From: a virus
Direction: 5' to 3' (one strand)
Virus record (IMG/VR): IMGVR_UViG_3300046744_000223
Location: 32,001 to 96,000 of that record
DNA: 64,000 bases
Notes under the pieces: model-generated
Told to the model about the DNA's origin: nothing
Databases searched by the model: none
The model's input: the letters and a program-made list of their open reading frames with translations, nothing else
Translations under genes and position numbers: made by a program
Part shown: positions 10,443 through 21,301 of the stretch, one piece after another
Position numbering within the stretch: position 1 is the first letter of the stretch
Layout of the letters: each line of letters starts with the position of its first letter

Positions 10443-11681
10443 TTAAAAGTCTAGCTTAACCTTAATAAGAATTTCATTAGAGAATGATTTCAATAAAGGT
10501 TTAGATAACTTTGCAATTGCTAAAAGTTCATTGTCATTGTTATACAACCCAACTGAAGTAATGTATGACTTAGGGTCACCTACAAATGTTTGTTGTCTTA
10601 ACTTACCAACTGAACCCGTAACATACGATGGGTTGTTTGAGTAATTATATTCACCATTTTTAGCTCTAACAAAGAAGAATGTTGATTTAACTTCTTCTTC
10701 ACTTCTAGCTTGGAATCCGTTTGCTGAATTCTCAAATGCAGCTCCACTAATTGCTGTAAACAATTTATTATGGTTTTGTGCATCAGTGTTAGTTGTTCTG
10801 ATAGTACCAAATGATGCTGAAGCGTCTAATGCTGCAGCTGATAATACAATTACACCAAATTGAGGATATACTTCTCCAAAGACCTCATCCTCGGTAAGTA
10901 CACCATCAGTTAAAGAACCCGATACGATGTTGTATTTATTTTTGTTTGAGTTTCCTAATTGATTAGTGTCACCACTATTATCAATAAGTCTAAGGGTCTC
11001 ACCATTAGAACCCGATAATACAAGTTCCCAATTTCCAGGATCTAATTTATCTTTAATTCTGGCTCTATTAATTGTTAGGATGTAAACGTCATCTTGAGTT
11101 ACATCGTTAAATGTAAATCGTGTTTGGTTAGATGGTAACAATACTTGTTGAAATTGTGAGTACATTGCGTTTGATGGTGAATCTTCATTAGAACCATCAT
11201 TAGATGAACCACTACCAGCGTAGTGCCCATATGCAACTGAGAACTGAGATTCTTTCGTTGAATCCGTTGGGTCTCCATTATATATCTCATGGTAGTATTG
11301 TTTTTGAGTATCCGATTGAAACGATGAGGTAGCGAATGTTATTAGTTCACCGACCTTACCACTCCATAAACCACGTGTGATTCTTTGTGTATTTCCCTCT
11401 ACAATGTCTTCGACAGTAAAAGCAGTATATACTTTACCACTACCATAATCATATGCACCTGCAGGGATTACCGGAGTTTGGTTTTCTACTGTATCTATTG
11501 CTTGAATTTGAGCAAGAGTTTCTGCTTGAGCAAGACCAGGAAGATTTCCCCTACTAATAGAAGGTCTTTGAGAACCACCCCTATTACCACCTGATGTACC
11601 GCTTGGGCCAGCAGATGGTCCTTGGTTTCCTCGGTTGCCACCACCTCCACCACCTGTATTACCTATCGATTGTACTGCCAT
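10443..11681 (-). CDS. Virion baseplate/tail structural protein
   Basis: C-terminal YITSVGLYNNDNELLAIAKLSKP shared with 8401..9864; Gly-rich N-terminus. Confidence 0.65.
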   Translation of the reverse strand: MAVQSIGNTGGGGGGNRGNQGPSAGPSGTSGGNRGGSQRPSISRGNLPGLAQAETLAQIQAIDTVENQTPVIPAGAYDYGSGKVYTAFTVEDIVEGNTQRITRGLWSGKVGELITFATSSFQSDTQKQYYHEIYNGDPTDSTKESQFSVAYGHYAGSGSSNDGSNEDSPSNAMYSQFQQVLLPSNQTRFTFNDVTQDDVYILTINRARIKDKLDPGNWELVLSGSNGETLRLIDNSGDTNQLGNSNKNKYNIVSGSLTDGVLTEDEVFGEVYPQFGVIVLSAAALDASASFGTIRTTNTDAQNHNKLFTAISGAAFENSANGFQARSEEEVKSTFFFVRAKNGEYNYSNNPSYVTGSVGKLRQQTFVGDPKSYITSVGLYNNDNELLAIAKLSKPLLKSFSNEILIKVKLDF

Positions 11682-11697
11682 TTTATTATCCTATTTT

Positions 11698-12375
11698 TTA
11701 AGCTAAATTATTATTTACAACCACTACTGCTGTTTGTGCGTCAGTCACCGGATTAACAGTTATGTCAATCTCAGTTCTACCACCAGTTTCATTACCTATG
11801 ATAACTACACGAGTTGAAATTGCGGTATCGTTTGGTAGATTAGCCGCCGATTGGAATGTAAATTGATTTTTACCCACAACAGTTTGTGATTGATTGGTAT
11901 TGTATGTACCAACATTTATGATTGGAGTTATGTTTCCAGGAACACCAGCATTACCACTAATACTACCAGCATCTTTGTTAAGTAGAATTGCTGTATAACC
12001 TAAGTTTTCGTTACCACCATTTTTAGTTACCACCGACATGATAGTATTGTTTACACCTTCATCTAAAGTGATAGTTGATGGTGACACTGATATAAATGGT
12101 AACCTTGTGGTCGTTTTTGGTAATGAAAGTAATTTGTATTTCATTGCATAGTTTTCATCAGTGATTGCCTCTATTACAGGCATATTCTCAATGATGATAC
12201 CGTAGTAGTCAGAACCCAACGAGTGTGCTGGATTCCATAGTTCGTAATCAACCTCATCATCCGCTAATGCGAATTGGGTGATTTGGAACTTGTCACGTCC
12301 CTCTGCTAATAACTCTCTACCCTTTTTGGTCAGAATAGCGTCTACTGTTACTGATGAATTGTCTAAAAATCCCAT
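11698..12375 (-). CDS. Virion structural protein (tail collar/baseplate-like)
   Basis: N-terminal ILTKKGRELLA...ITQFALADDEVDY resembles tail-collar/fibre N-domains; late-type motif upstream. Confidence 0.6.
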   Translation of the reverse strand: MGFLDNSSVTVDAILTKKGRELLAEGRDKFQITQFALADDEVDYELWNPAHSLGSDYYGIIIENMPVIEAITDENYAMKYKLLSLPKTTTRLPFISVSPSTITLDEGVNNTIMSVVTKNGGNENLGYTAILLNKDAGSISGNAGVPGNITPIINVGTYNTNQSQTVVGKNQFTFQSAANLPNDTAISTRVVIIGNETGGRTEIDITVNPVTDAQTAVVVVNNNLA

Positions 12376-12430
12376 GTTCTCTTTCCTATTATTTGTATAT
12401 AAATATGGTTTTTTATTTTATTTAACCATA

Positions 12431-15400
12431 TCATCTCCGATTAAACCTTTTTAGTATACCTTTTAGTAATTTATTTTCTGTATTTTCTTTAAATCTAAAC
12501 TTAGGTTTTGGCAATTTCACTACAAATGGTAGTGGTTTTAACGATTGCCTTTCAAGGTCAGCGGATGGTAATTGTCGTTTTAGTTTATCGTTTTCTTTTT
12601 TAACCGAAATCAATGCGTCAGCCGGCATGATACTAACTAATTTTGGTTTTGTTTTTTGTTCGTTAGCTAACACATCTCCAGTTTGACCAGAGAATACTAT
12701 AACGTTCGGGTCTACTTTTGTTATTTCAACTACCGGCCCACCATCGGGTGTGTCTTGTGAATCAGTGGTTAACGAATCACTACTTACCTTACACCCATTA
12801 TAAAATAGGTTTTCAAATGAAAGTGGTAGCCTAGTATCTTGTACATCCGTATAATGAAACGAAGTTGAATTCGGTGTCATTGTCACAGCGTCTTCATTAG
12901 TAGCGAAGAAGTATTTTGGTTCTAAATATATTTTAGAAGGTCGAGCCTCTAAAATAGTGGAACCGGTTGGGGAGTACTCCCAATAACCATTATATCGTGT
13001 TACGTAGGTATCCCCACTCAAGGTAGCAATGTCAAATTTATAAGTAGATGGTTCGTAATCATATAGACTCACAACCCCATCTGGACGAGATGACCCACTA
13101 CTTAAACCATAATCGTTTCTACTTGCTGTAATTATACCATCACCTACTGATATAGTACCTTCATAATAATGGCTAGATATAGACACACCACGTTCTCTCT
13201 GAAACTTATTACGTTCAAACACATGAGGTTCTATCAATATACCCTTATGCCAATCCACGCGTGCTGGAATTAGTTGTTTTATTTGGTCGAATACAGACAT
13301 ATCATAACGAGATAACATATCCATAATCAAATCTAATGAAGTACCCGTAGTGTATTTTTGGAAATAATTCTTAGCTCTATACTTTAGTAATGGGTAATCC
13401 TCATTATATCTCTTATCAGTATCACCCACCCAATCATCAGCTTCGAAATATCCCTCAGAATTATATATGTCCGAGTTTACAGTGTCGGTTGTTGAGAAGT
13501 AAGTACCTAATAAATTAGAATCAACTGGAGCATAATCGAACTGAGATATCTCATTTGATTTATCTATACTCAATGGACCTTTTAATGAAGATGATTCGAT
13601 TCTAATTTTGTTGTTCATCAGATTTAATGCACCCATTGATGGTATGGTAACATACTGAGTATCAACTTCACCAACTAAATCAGATGGCTTCATATTTACT
13701 AATGATGCTGACAACACTAATCCAGTATCAGATGATGTAAATCTTTGATTTGGGTGTATGGAGCTTATAGAACCACTATTGGTTTTGAATCCACTATCTG
13801 GAAATATTCGATACATCAACTTATCGAATGAAGTATCAATATCTAAATCAGTTGTGTTGTCATCACTAAAATATGCTTCTCTATTCTTAGCGTGTTCGGT
13901 TATGATTTCATTTGAGATAGTATCTCTGAAATATCTAATCTCTTGAATACTTGCGGTCTCATATGAGTTTACATTTGTATCCGTTGTAGGACCAGGTACT
14001 TGAACTGTTCCCGTTGAGGTCCACACACTATTGAATGTTGAGTTACCACCACTTAATGTTGCTGTTGGGTTTGCGAGTAGTTCACCCCAATCATCAACCC
14101 ACGCAGCGTTGATGTCAATTGAACTTGAATTCAAAGATATCGCAACTTCTCTACGTTCTTTATAAGGAACATATGATGATGATATGATATCAGTACTATT
14201 TACACGTAACCTAAGCCTTGCGGTTTCATTTAAGTAGTCCCAAAATAAATCTACATTATCAGAGGTATCACTCAATCGTAAGATATGATAATTACCTTTA
14301 GGCATTTTACCAATAACCTCAATTGAGTTTGGTCTATCAGACTGTATATCATCCCATGGATTTGAAATATATTTAGATGGTGACGCTTGTAGTTTGTTTA
14401 CAAATCGCTCTTGCTCATAAACACTTTTACGAGTGGATATCGTAGGACCACCCCACTCACGAATCTTCAAGAATGCCTGTGGAATTCCGTATGTGGATAG
14501 TAGTGCTTTAATTGAACGAGCAGTCCCCTTCGTCTTGTACAACATGGGAATTGTATTTACAATACGTCTCCAAATCTCATGTGTTATTTGCTCACGTGGC
14601 TTAGATTCCAACGTACCGGTTTGTGATTTAGTTCCATCCGCATTAACACCCAATGCATATTTCCAAAGAGATACGTCTGAATATCCTGTTGACAATTTCC
14701 ACCCAAGAGAGTCTGCTACTGACTTTAGTACCTCATCAGGCATACCATCATTGAAGTGTTCTTCTCGTTCATTTATACTCGTTAATGCGTTGATATATGT
14801 CCACTGAATATCAAAGTGTTGGCCAATCATATCTACGAATGTGATATACTCTGTATTACGAGGGTCTGCTTTTAGGTAAATTGGTATCGAATTTCTAAGA
14901 GAAGCATCATTAAATTCATCAAACAACGATGCGCTAGCGTATGTGTTTTGATACCAAGTTGTACCTTCAACAGATGTAGTTGGTTTTAACACATGAGGAA
15001 ATGTTGATTGTTTAGGGTATGGTTTAATAGTATATATTGATGACGACCAGTGGGTATAGTTACTTTGTTGTTCAGAATAATACAAGTGGTTTTCAAATCC
15101 ATCGAAACCACCAATCAACGTATCTCTTCGGACCATTGATTGAGATATATTGGTTATAGCTTCAGAACCACTAACGTTAAGTAATGTGTTTATTCGTGAA
15201 TCGTAAGCTTCGATTTGTTGTAATTTGTATAAGAAATTATCTACACGTTCAGTTGCGGATGAAAAATGTACATAATTTTTAAAATCAGAATAGTCTATGT
15301 TTAAGTCAATAGAACCCAACGACCCACTAAAATATTTATTTATTAATTGTTGTGACGTTGTTGCGTTTACGTCTAACAACGAGTTCCAATTCTGCCATTC

Positions 15401-16771
15401 TGTACCACCCGCGCTTTTAGCATCAGACATATCTAACTCAAAGTTGGGTTGTGAAAAGTTAGGTCTATTTACATTAGCTATACTTGGAAATATAACTAAC
15501 TTCTCTACCCAACTTTCTTTAATACGTGCATCTAATTCTACTAAATTATTAACAACTATATTATCGGGTAATGGTGATGCTAACTTAACAACAATATCCT
15601 TCACATCAAATGCAAAATCGGTATTATATTTTTTGTATGTTAAATATAGTTTACTTAAATCAGTATTAGTTTTTTTGCCAGTTTCAATAACCCTTACACT
15701 TCGGGCTTGGGTTACTGCCGGTAAATTAGAGTCACCTTGATTGATGTCAAATGTTCTAGCCCCATTCCATTGAAGTTGATTATCGTCATCATAGTATAGT
15801 GAAAATCTTCTCCATCGACCTGTCATACGTCCAGCAGCATTGAATAAATTTCCGTTTTCATCAGTCACCTTGGTTGGTTCACCGATAGCTGGTGTGTATA
15901 TTTCTAAAAATTCAGTAAATACACCTAACTTTTCTGATAGTCTATCGAATGGTACATACGTGGTTGAAATCAAACCACCACCATCGTGGTTATATCTACC
16001 ACCACGATTTGGATATGATTTCTCAGTCAACTCTAACCCTACACGTGCTTGGTCAAAATACACACTTGCAATATCAATTATATTGTTATCACCTAAGTTC
16101 AGTACAAAGTCAGGTCTATTTTGTGTAAAGGTAGAATCAGTGTTTGCTCGCTGGAAGTATAAGTCTTTTAGTGTTTCAAAATCACGAGGAAGTGGATTGG
16201 GGTTGATATTAATAGGTCCGGAGGGTAACTGAAACGCGGTCATGAGTGATTTCGCTGACAATGTATTGGCAACCATCGGATTTCCATTAGAAGTGATAAC
16301 TGGCTTGTTAACACTTGAACCCACACCCCCATTAATGATAGACGCTTCCGAAATTTGGTATGGGTCTTTTACAGTAAGTAATACTTCAGTCCTATCACCA
16401 CCAATAGCTTTAACTTTTACACCATCATTTAATTTATGCATGAAGTTGTAAACTATACTATAAACTCCTTGTAAGTATCCATCATCACGGATATCTTTCT
16501 CAGGCTGTAATGTTATTAGTGGATACGTGTTACCATTTTCAGAATATGGTATTGGTAGTTTGTATGTTGACTTTAATAAGTTTTCACCAGAATATACATG
16601 ACGTTCCATGTTGGGTCTGAGTTTTGATAAAACTCCGGGCGCAAGTGTACCATCAACATCATTTACAGTTAATGGTCTCAGAGTACCATCGACACCATCG
16701 TTAAATGTGTTTCCATAGGTTGGAACGAACCCAACAACTTCTTCTTTATTTTTAAATCTATCCAATGACAT
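12431..16771 (-). CDS. Large baseplate wedge-like structural protein
   Basis: 1446 aa; LYKTKGTARSIKALLSTYG motif of baseplate wedge/P2 gpI-like proteins; gene context. Confidence 0.65.
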   Translation of the reverse strand: MSLDRFKNKEEVVGFVPTYGNTFNDGVDGTLRPLTVNDVDGTLAPGVLSKLRPNMERHVYSGENLLKSTYKLPIPYSENGNTYPLITLQPEKDIRDDGYLQGVYSIVYNFMHKLNDGVKVKAIGGDRTEVLLTVKDPYQISEASIINGGVGSSVNKPVITSNGNPMVANTLSAKSLMTAFQLPSGPININPNPLPRDFETLKDLYFQRANTDSTFTQNRPDFVLNLGDNNIIDIASVYFDQARVGLELTEKSYPNRGGRYNHDGGGLISTTYVPFDRLSEKLGVFTEFLEIYTPAIGEPTKVTDENGNLFNAAGRMTGRWRRFSLYYDDDNQLQWNGARTFDINQGDSNLPAVTQARSVRVIETGKKTNTDLSKLYLTYKKYNTDFAFDVKDIVVKLASPLPDNIVVNNLVELDARIKESWVEKLVIFPSIANVNRPNFSQPNFELDMSDAKSAGGTEWQNWNSLLDVNATTSQQLINKYFSGSLGSIDLNIDYSDFKNYVHFSSATERVDNFLYKLQQIEAYDSRINTLLNVSGSEAITNISQSMVRRDTLIGGFDGFENHLYYSEQQSNYTHWSSSIYTIKPYPKQSTFPHVLKPTTSVEGTTWYQNTYASASLFDEFNDASLRNSIPIYLKADPRNTEYITFVDMIGQHFDIQWTYINALTSINEREEHFNDGMPDEVLKSVADSLGWKLSTGYSDVSLWKYALGVNADGTKSQTGTLESKPREQITHEIWRRIVNTIPMLYKTKGTARSIKALLSTYGIPQAFLKIREWGGPTISTRKSVYEQERFVNKLQASPSKYISNPWDDIQSDRPNSIEVIGKMPKGNYHILRLSDTSDNVDLFWDYLNETARLRLRVNSTDIISSSYVPYKERREVAISLNSSSIDINAAWVDDWGELLANPTATLSGGNSTFNSVWTSTGTVQVPGPTTDTNVNSYETASIQEIRYFRDTISNEIITEHAKNREAYFSDDNTTDLDIDTSFDKLMYRIFPDSGFKTNSGSISSIHPNQRFTSSDTGLVLSASLVNMKPSDLVGEVDTQYVTIPSMGALNLMNNKIRIESSSLKGPLSIDKSNEISQFDYAPVDSNLLGTYFSTTDTVNSDIYNSEGYFEADDWVGDTDKRYNEDYPLLKYRAKNYFQKYTTGTSLDLIMDMLSRYDMSVFDQIKQLIPARVDWHKGILIEPHVFERNKFQRERGVSISSHYYEGTISVGDGIITASRNDYGLSSGSSRPDGVVSLYDYEPSTYKFDIATLSGDTYVTRYNGYWEYSPTGSTILEARPSKIYLEPKYFFATNEDAVTMTPNSTSFHYTDVQDTRLPLSFENLFYNGCKVSSDSLTTDSQDTPDGGPVVEITKVDPNVIVFSGQTGDVLANEQKTKPKLVSIMPADALISVKKENDKLKRQLPSADLERQSLKPLPFVVKLPKPKFRFKENTENKLLKGILKRFNRR

Positions 16772-16774
16772 ATA

Positions 16775-17281
16775 TTATAGTCCGCCTTTAAATCCACCAC
16801 CTGAAGGTCCGCTTGGTGACGGTGTTGGGGATGGTCGGCCTGGACCGGTTGAGCCAAAACCTGTCGTTGGAGTTGTTGAACCAAAACCTGTTGTTGGACC
16901 TGTCGTACCTTGTGGGCCGGTTGGACCTGCCGTTGGGCCTACCGCACCTTGATTTATATTTCTTACTAAAGATTGGAACGTAAATACAGCAAACACATCA
17001 CGTGGTTCCTTAATATCTACTTCATTTATAAACTCATCAGAAAATTCAACATCAGTATACGTTTCATACGAAACAGATATTGGTTGCTGGTCTGAATTAA
17101 AAAATGGCCGACTTGACCTTTGTATCAAGTCATGCTTTATAGTACTACTATAATTATTATCATCCGATGCAAGTGTAACATCACCATATATTTGTGAATC
17201 TACATTAGAATCGGATGCTCCATCAATCTCGTATGAGATTATCTGACCTCTACCATTACGTCTTACGCCACGTTTATTCAT
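16775..17281 (-). CDS. Hypothetical virion protein with G/P/T low-complexity tail
   Basis: ORF in tail module; GPT and TTGFGST repeats. Confidence 0.5.
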   Translation of the reverse strand: MNKRGVRRNGRGQIISYEIDGASDSNVDSQIYGDVTLASDDNNYSSTIKHDLIQRSSRPFFNSDQQPISVSYETYTDVEFSDEFINEVDIKEPRDVFAVFTFQSLVRNINQGAVGPTAGPTGPQGTTGPTTGFGSTTPTTGFGSTGPGRPSPTPSPSGPSGGGFKGGL

Positions 17282-19371
17282 TATCTAACCACCTTAAAAT
17301 AGAAGTTATCATCATAATATTTTGTTGTACTATTCTGGTCTACCCTAAATATAAACTTATAGAATCGTTCCGGTTGAAGTCCATTAAACCAAAAGTTAAA
17401 ATAGTTACCTTCGGAGTCACAACCCACCTTAGTATAAGTAGTGTCGAACGGAATAATTACCTGTTCTGTTTCAGCATCAACTACCGAGTAGTATGAGGTA
17501 GCTGGTAGGTATTTAACCAATTTGTAATTTGATGTTGATGAAAATGTACGTGCCGGAAAACGTTCTCTACCATAGACTCTAATCTTGGCTTTGGAACTTT
17601 CTTTATACTCAGTTGACAAATTCTTAACATATAGTATGATATCATCACCACTCAGCGCGGATAGTGCACCCGTATCGAATGAATCACCATCCCATCTTAC
17701 TTCTAATACCGGTGGATATATTGTATTGGTATCTGACGAGAAGAATTTGATTGAACCAAACTTAGTTGTTGATTGTTCATCCGTTTTAGATTTTTTAACA
17801 ATGAAACCATTATTGGCTCGTGTACCATCCAACCAATCATTTACATAATCAGTTACTTCGACATCCAAATTAGACGTGTACTTATCAAAAGATTGGTAGT
17901 AATGTTTACCTGTGTTGAATGATGAAGTAAACCATGTACCACCACCTTGATTAGAAATCCAGTGCGCATCGTATTTAAAATCAGTATAATATGAAGACGT
18001 TAATACATTTGGGGTTTTGAGTGAGAAAGTATCTAAAGACCCACTAAAATCACCACTACCACTACCAAAGAATGTAAATCTAAAGTTGTGATTCCCATCC
18101 TGCTGTGCTTTAAAAAATACCGTGACATCGTTTGATGATGTTAAGTTTGATACATATGAGTTTTGTAAATATTCAGACGAGTCTAAAAGCCTACCATCAG
18201 GTTCTTGAATACTAAATACAATACCGGATGGAGACCCATCAGCTGAACTTGTATGTATTGTTCCTGGATCTATACTAAAACTTGCTGTGTATATTAGTGT
18301 GTCTTGTAATGTTGCTTTACGATTTAATGTAGCACCACCGTAATTTGACGCTGACATTATCAGTACACCATCTTTAATAGTGGTGATTTGTTTAGACTGT
18401 TGTTCACTTAAAATAATGTCATTTACAACATACGTAGATGGTAGGTCACCATCTATATTGAATTGGTCAAGAAATATTACATCATTCTCTACATTACTGT
18501 ATACGAAGAAGTTATCAAGCTGACCATCCGACCCGTTACTACCATTATCATCAAAGAATGTAAATAAGACTTTATGTATCTTATTACCATTTACAGCAGC
18601 CGAGCCTGTGAATGACATCTCATATGATTTACTACCCACTAATGAATCAAAATAACCACTAACTTCACTATCATCATAATATGAACCATCTGGCTTATAT
18701 ACTCTAAAATCAATTCCAGATAACGATAATTGTTTTGCGTCAAATGCTATTGTGTAGACTGTACCTTCATCCAATGATGAGGATAGAGCGGCAGTTCCAC
18801 CACCATAGTTGGATGCCGATAACACCAATGCCCCATCGATTGCTTGTAATGATGGTGAACTACCATCAGTACCAAGTATTGGTTCAATTAACTCAAAGTT
18901 ACCTGCATTTGAATTAAAGTTGTAGTAAGTTTCAAGTGCTGGAATTAATGATGGGTCAACTGGCTTACCAACTGTGGAATTCAATATATCCCACCCTTCT
19001 GATAAACTTCGTGTTACCCAAGTAACATCTGATTCATTGTGTGGCGTGTCAGCTTGAGAACCAAGTCCTTCGGTAAACCCCTCATATAACGGATATACAA
19101 ATAAGTCGTATTCAGATTGAATTTCACGACTTTCAATATTCTCAACTCTCAATCTATATTGTGGTGATGTGATGTCTCCATTGGCTATTGAAGATGATAT
19201 TTCTTTTAAATCAAATTCAATGAGTGCTCTACTATTACCCAACAAAGAGGTGTTATCAGTATCGTAAAACTTACCGATTTCAAGAATCTCATCCTTACCC
19301 GTGTTTTGATTTTTACGAGCGGAGTCTTCGTATATGGTTGCGTCTTTTTTTGGATATATTCTATAAATCAT
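17281..19371 (-). CDS. Virion structural protein with internal duplicated beta-sandwich domain
   Basis: N-terminal DATIYE...NTG...SRALIEFD and C-terminal DVTDYV..W...NNGFIVK...PVLEVRW (DNRLRE-like); two SASNYGG repeats. Confidence 0.6.
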   Translation of the reverse strand: MIYRIYPKKDATIYEDSARKNQNTGKDEILEIGKFYDTDNTSLLGNSRALIEFDLKEISSSIANGDITSPQYRLRVENIESREIQSEYDLFVYPLYEGFTEGLGSQADTPHNESDVTWVTRSLSEGWDILNSTVGKPVDPSLIPALETYYNFNSNAGNFELIEPILGTDGSSPSLQAIDGALVLSASNYGGGTAALSSSLDEGTVYTIAFDAKQLSLSGIDFRVYKPDGSYYDDSEVSGYFDSLVGSKSYEMSFTGSAAVNGNKIHKVLFTFFDDNGSNGSDGQLDNFFVYSNVENDVIFLDQFNIDGDLPSTYVVNDIILSEQQSKQITTIKDGVLIMSASNYGGATLNRKATLQDTLIYTASFSIDPGTIHTSSADGSPSGIVFSIQEPDGRLLDSSEYLQNSYVSNLTSSNDVTVFFKAQQDGNHNFRFTFFGSGSGDFSGSLDTFSLKTPNVLTSSYYTDFKYDAHWISNQGGGTWFTSSFNTGKHYYQSFDKYTSNLDVEVTDYVNDWLDGTRANNGFIVKKSKTDEQSTTKFGSIKFFSSDTNTIYPPVLEVRWDGDSFDTGALSALSGDDIILYVKNLSTEYKESSKAKIRVYGRERFPARTFSSTSNYKLVKYLPATSYYSVVDAETEQVIIPFDTTYTKVGCDSEGNYFNFWFNGLQPERFYKFIFRVDQNSTTKYYDDNFYFKVVR

Positions 19372-19381
19372 CTTCTACCTT

Positions 19382-21292
19382 TTAAAATAATGATACAACT
19401 TTACCTACGATGTCTACGTCAGGATATTTTATTTCAAAACAAGTTGGGTCTTTTGGTGGATACACTATACCATTTCTGGTAGCTTCTTTTGTACTATATT
19501 TATTATCAGAATAAGTTCCGCCAAATTTATTTATAATTTGTAACCCACCCTCATCTTCTTTATTAGGTCTGACTACCGATTGAACACCATCAACTCCATC
19601 CAAACTAACATATAAGTCAGTTAGATTTATCGGTTTGTTAATAGCCATACGTTCGATTTTGAATAATTCTTTTAATGTGTTGATACATTTTAAGAGAACC
19701 TCATTTGAATTGTAATTTGGTAATACTATTATTTCGAAGTTGATACCAATATTTACGATGTATGCATTTTTAATATTTACAGCATCAGTTAATATACGAT
19801 AGTAAGATAAATAGTTTTGTAAGTTTTGCTTTGTAGCATTGTTTAACTGAGTAAGCTTTTTGTTAGAATCATATCCTAATGTATAGAAGTTAATTGCTAA
19901 TGGATTTGGAATTGGGTCCGGACCATCATCCAATAAAGTATTGATTTGGAAGTCAGGTGCAGCATATGCTTTTGCTACCGAGCCAAATTGTGGTGGTAAT
20001 GCGTACGCTCTAAGTAAGTAGTCTTCTCTGGTTACGGCTCTATTTTGTGCTCTAAAATATGCAAGAGCGTTGTTACGTACCTGCTCAATCTCTTCTTCAA
20101 ATTGGGCGCCGGTTGCTGCTACTTCGTTCGTTACTGCTATTGAGTTTTTAACTACATTAAAAACATCATCAACCAACCTACTACCATCAGTTTCAATTAC
20201 ACGTTCTACAATCGTTGTTAAATCAGAAGATGGGACGTTATCAGAAACACCATTACCTATTCGGTATGTAACAGTTAATTCGGTATTAGCTGGAGCTACA
20301 CCATATGTTTTAGCGTACATAAAGTTTGATGGGTCAACCCCTTGGTCAAGGTCACCACTTGCAGGATATAGTGCGGAGCCAACGTTATCCGGATTTGGAA
20401 GTATCTCTTCGTCTGAATTTGATGATACCCCTGCTCCAAATTGAATGTCGAGTGTACCATCGTCAGTTATACGTGTAATGTAACGTTTGGGTACTCTTTT
20501 TAGTTTAAGTAATGATGGTGTCTCATTTGCGTAAGCAGCCATGGCTAATGAGTAATCGGTAGTGTTTGGTAATTCTTCAAACACAGTGTCTTGTGCTAGA
20601 TACTCAACCTTAGTCCACTCATCACCATCATCATCCATGATGCTTATTACATCAATCAAACCATCCGCTTCTATTTTTATTTTATCGTAAGGTTTTGGAG
20701 AACCAAAGTTAAATGTAGATGTTTCACTTTTACCACTAACTGCTTTAACATATTTTTTTAATAAATAATAGATAGGTTCGTTTGTTGTTTCGTCAATTTG
20801 ATAAACCGAAACGTCAGTGGGGTCGAATGAAGATGATTGTGCAAATCTTACTTTATTTATAGTAGTGAATTCAACGTTGGGACTTTCAGTTGAACCAATG
20901 ACCATACCTTCTTTTAAGGTTAATGCGTAGTCAAAGTTTGGTTTAACATCATCACCACTACCCATCGCTGGTAATATCTGATACACAGTCATATTGGTTG
21001 TTGCTGGTACATTTAACTTTGGCTTGTACCCAAATGATTGTGCTATTGTAAATACATTAGACTTTTCTTGAGCTTCTTCTAAAACAGATTCTCTTAATTG
21101 AACATCGGTGTAATATGAAAGTACATCACCCACATATGCCGCCATTTCCATAAACATCATACCAGGAGATGATTCATTAAAATCATTATAGGTATTTGGG
21201 AAATATGTTTTAGTAAAGTCAATTAGATTCTTACGGATATCACCGAAGTCTCTACCTATTAAATTTACATCTTTTTTTATTTTATCAGCCAT
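19382..21292 (-). CDS. Baseplate wedge subunit (T4 gp6/baseplate J-like)
   Basis: RDFGDIRKNL, DFNESSPGMM, AQSFGYKP, AQNRAVTREDY. Confidence 0.88.
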   Translation of the reverse strand: MADKIKKDVNLIGRDFGDIRKNLIDFTKTYFPNTYNDFNESSPGMMFMEMAAYVGDVLSYYTDVQLRESVLEEAQEKSNVFTIAQSFGYKPKLNVPATTNMTVYQILPAMGSGDDVKPNFDYALTLKEGMVIGSTESPNVEFTTINKVRFAQSSSFDPTDVSVYQIDETTNEPIYYLLKKYVKAVSGKSETSTFNFGSPKPYDKIKIEADGLIDVISIMDDDGDEWTKVEYLAQDTVFEELPNTTDYSLAMAAYANETPSLLKLKRVPKRYITRITDDGTLDIQFGAGVSSNSDEEILPNPDNVGSALYPASGDLDQGVDPSNFMYAKTYGVAPANTELTVTYRIGNGVSDNVPSSDLTTIVERVIETDGSRLVDDVFNVVKNSIAVTNEVAATGAQFEEEIEQVRNNALAYFRAQNRAVTREDYLLRAYALPPQFGSVAKAYAAPDFQINTLLDDGPDPIPNPLAINFYTLGYDSNKKLTQLNNATKQNLQNYLSYYRILTDAVNIKNAYIVNIGINFEIIVLPNYNSNEVLLKCINTLKELFKIERMAINKPINLTDLYVSLDGVDGVQSVVRPNKEDEGGLQIINKFGGTYSDNKYSTKEATRNGIVYPPKDPTCFEIKYPDVDIVGKVVSLF

Positions 21293-21301
21293 GTCTTATC
21301 C

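Noticed and set aside
16850-16945. Short tandem repeats as a VNTR or DGR element
   Set aside because: They are explained by the GPT/TTGFGST low-complexity coding tail; there is no reverse transcriptase or adenine-specific variation.
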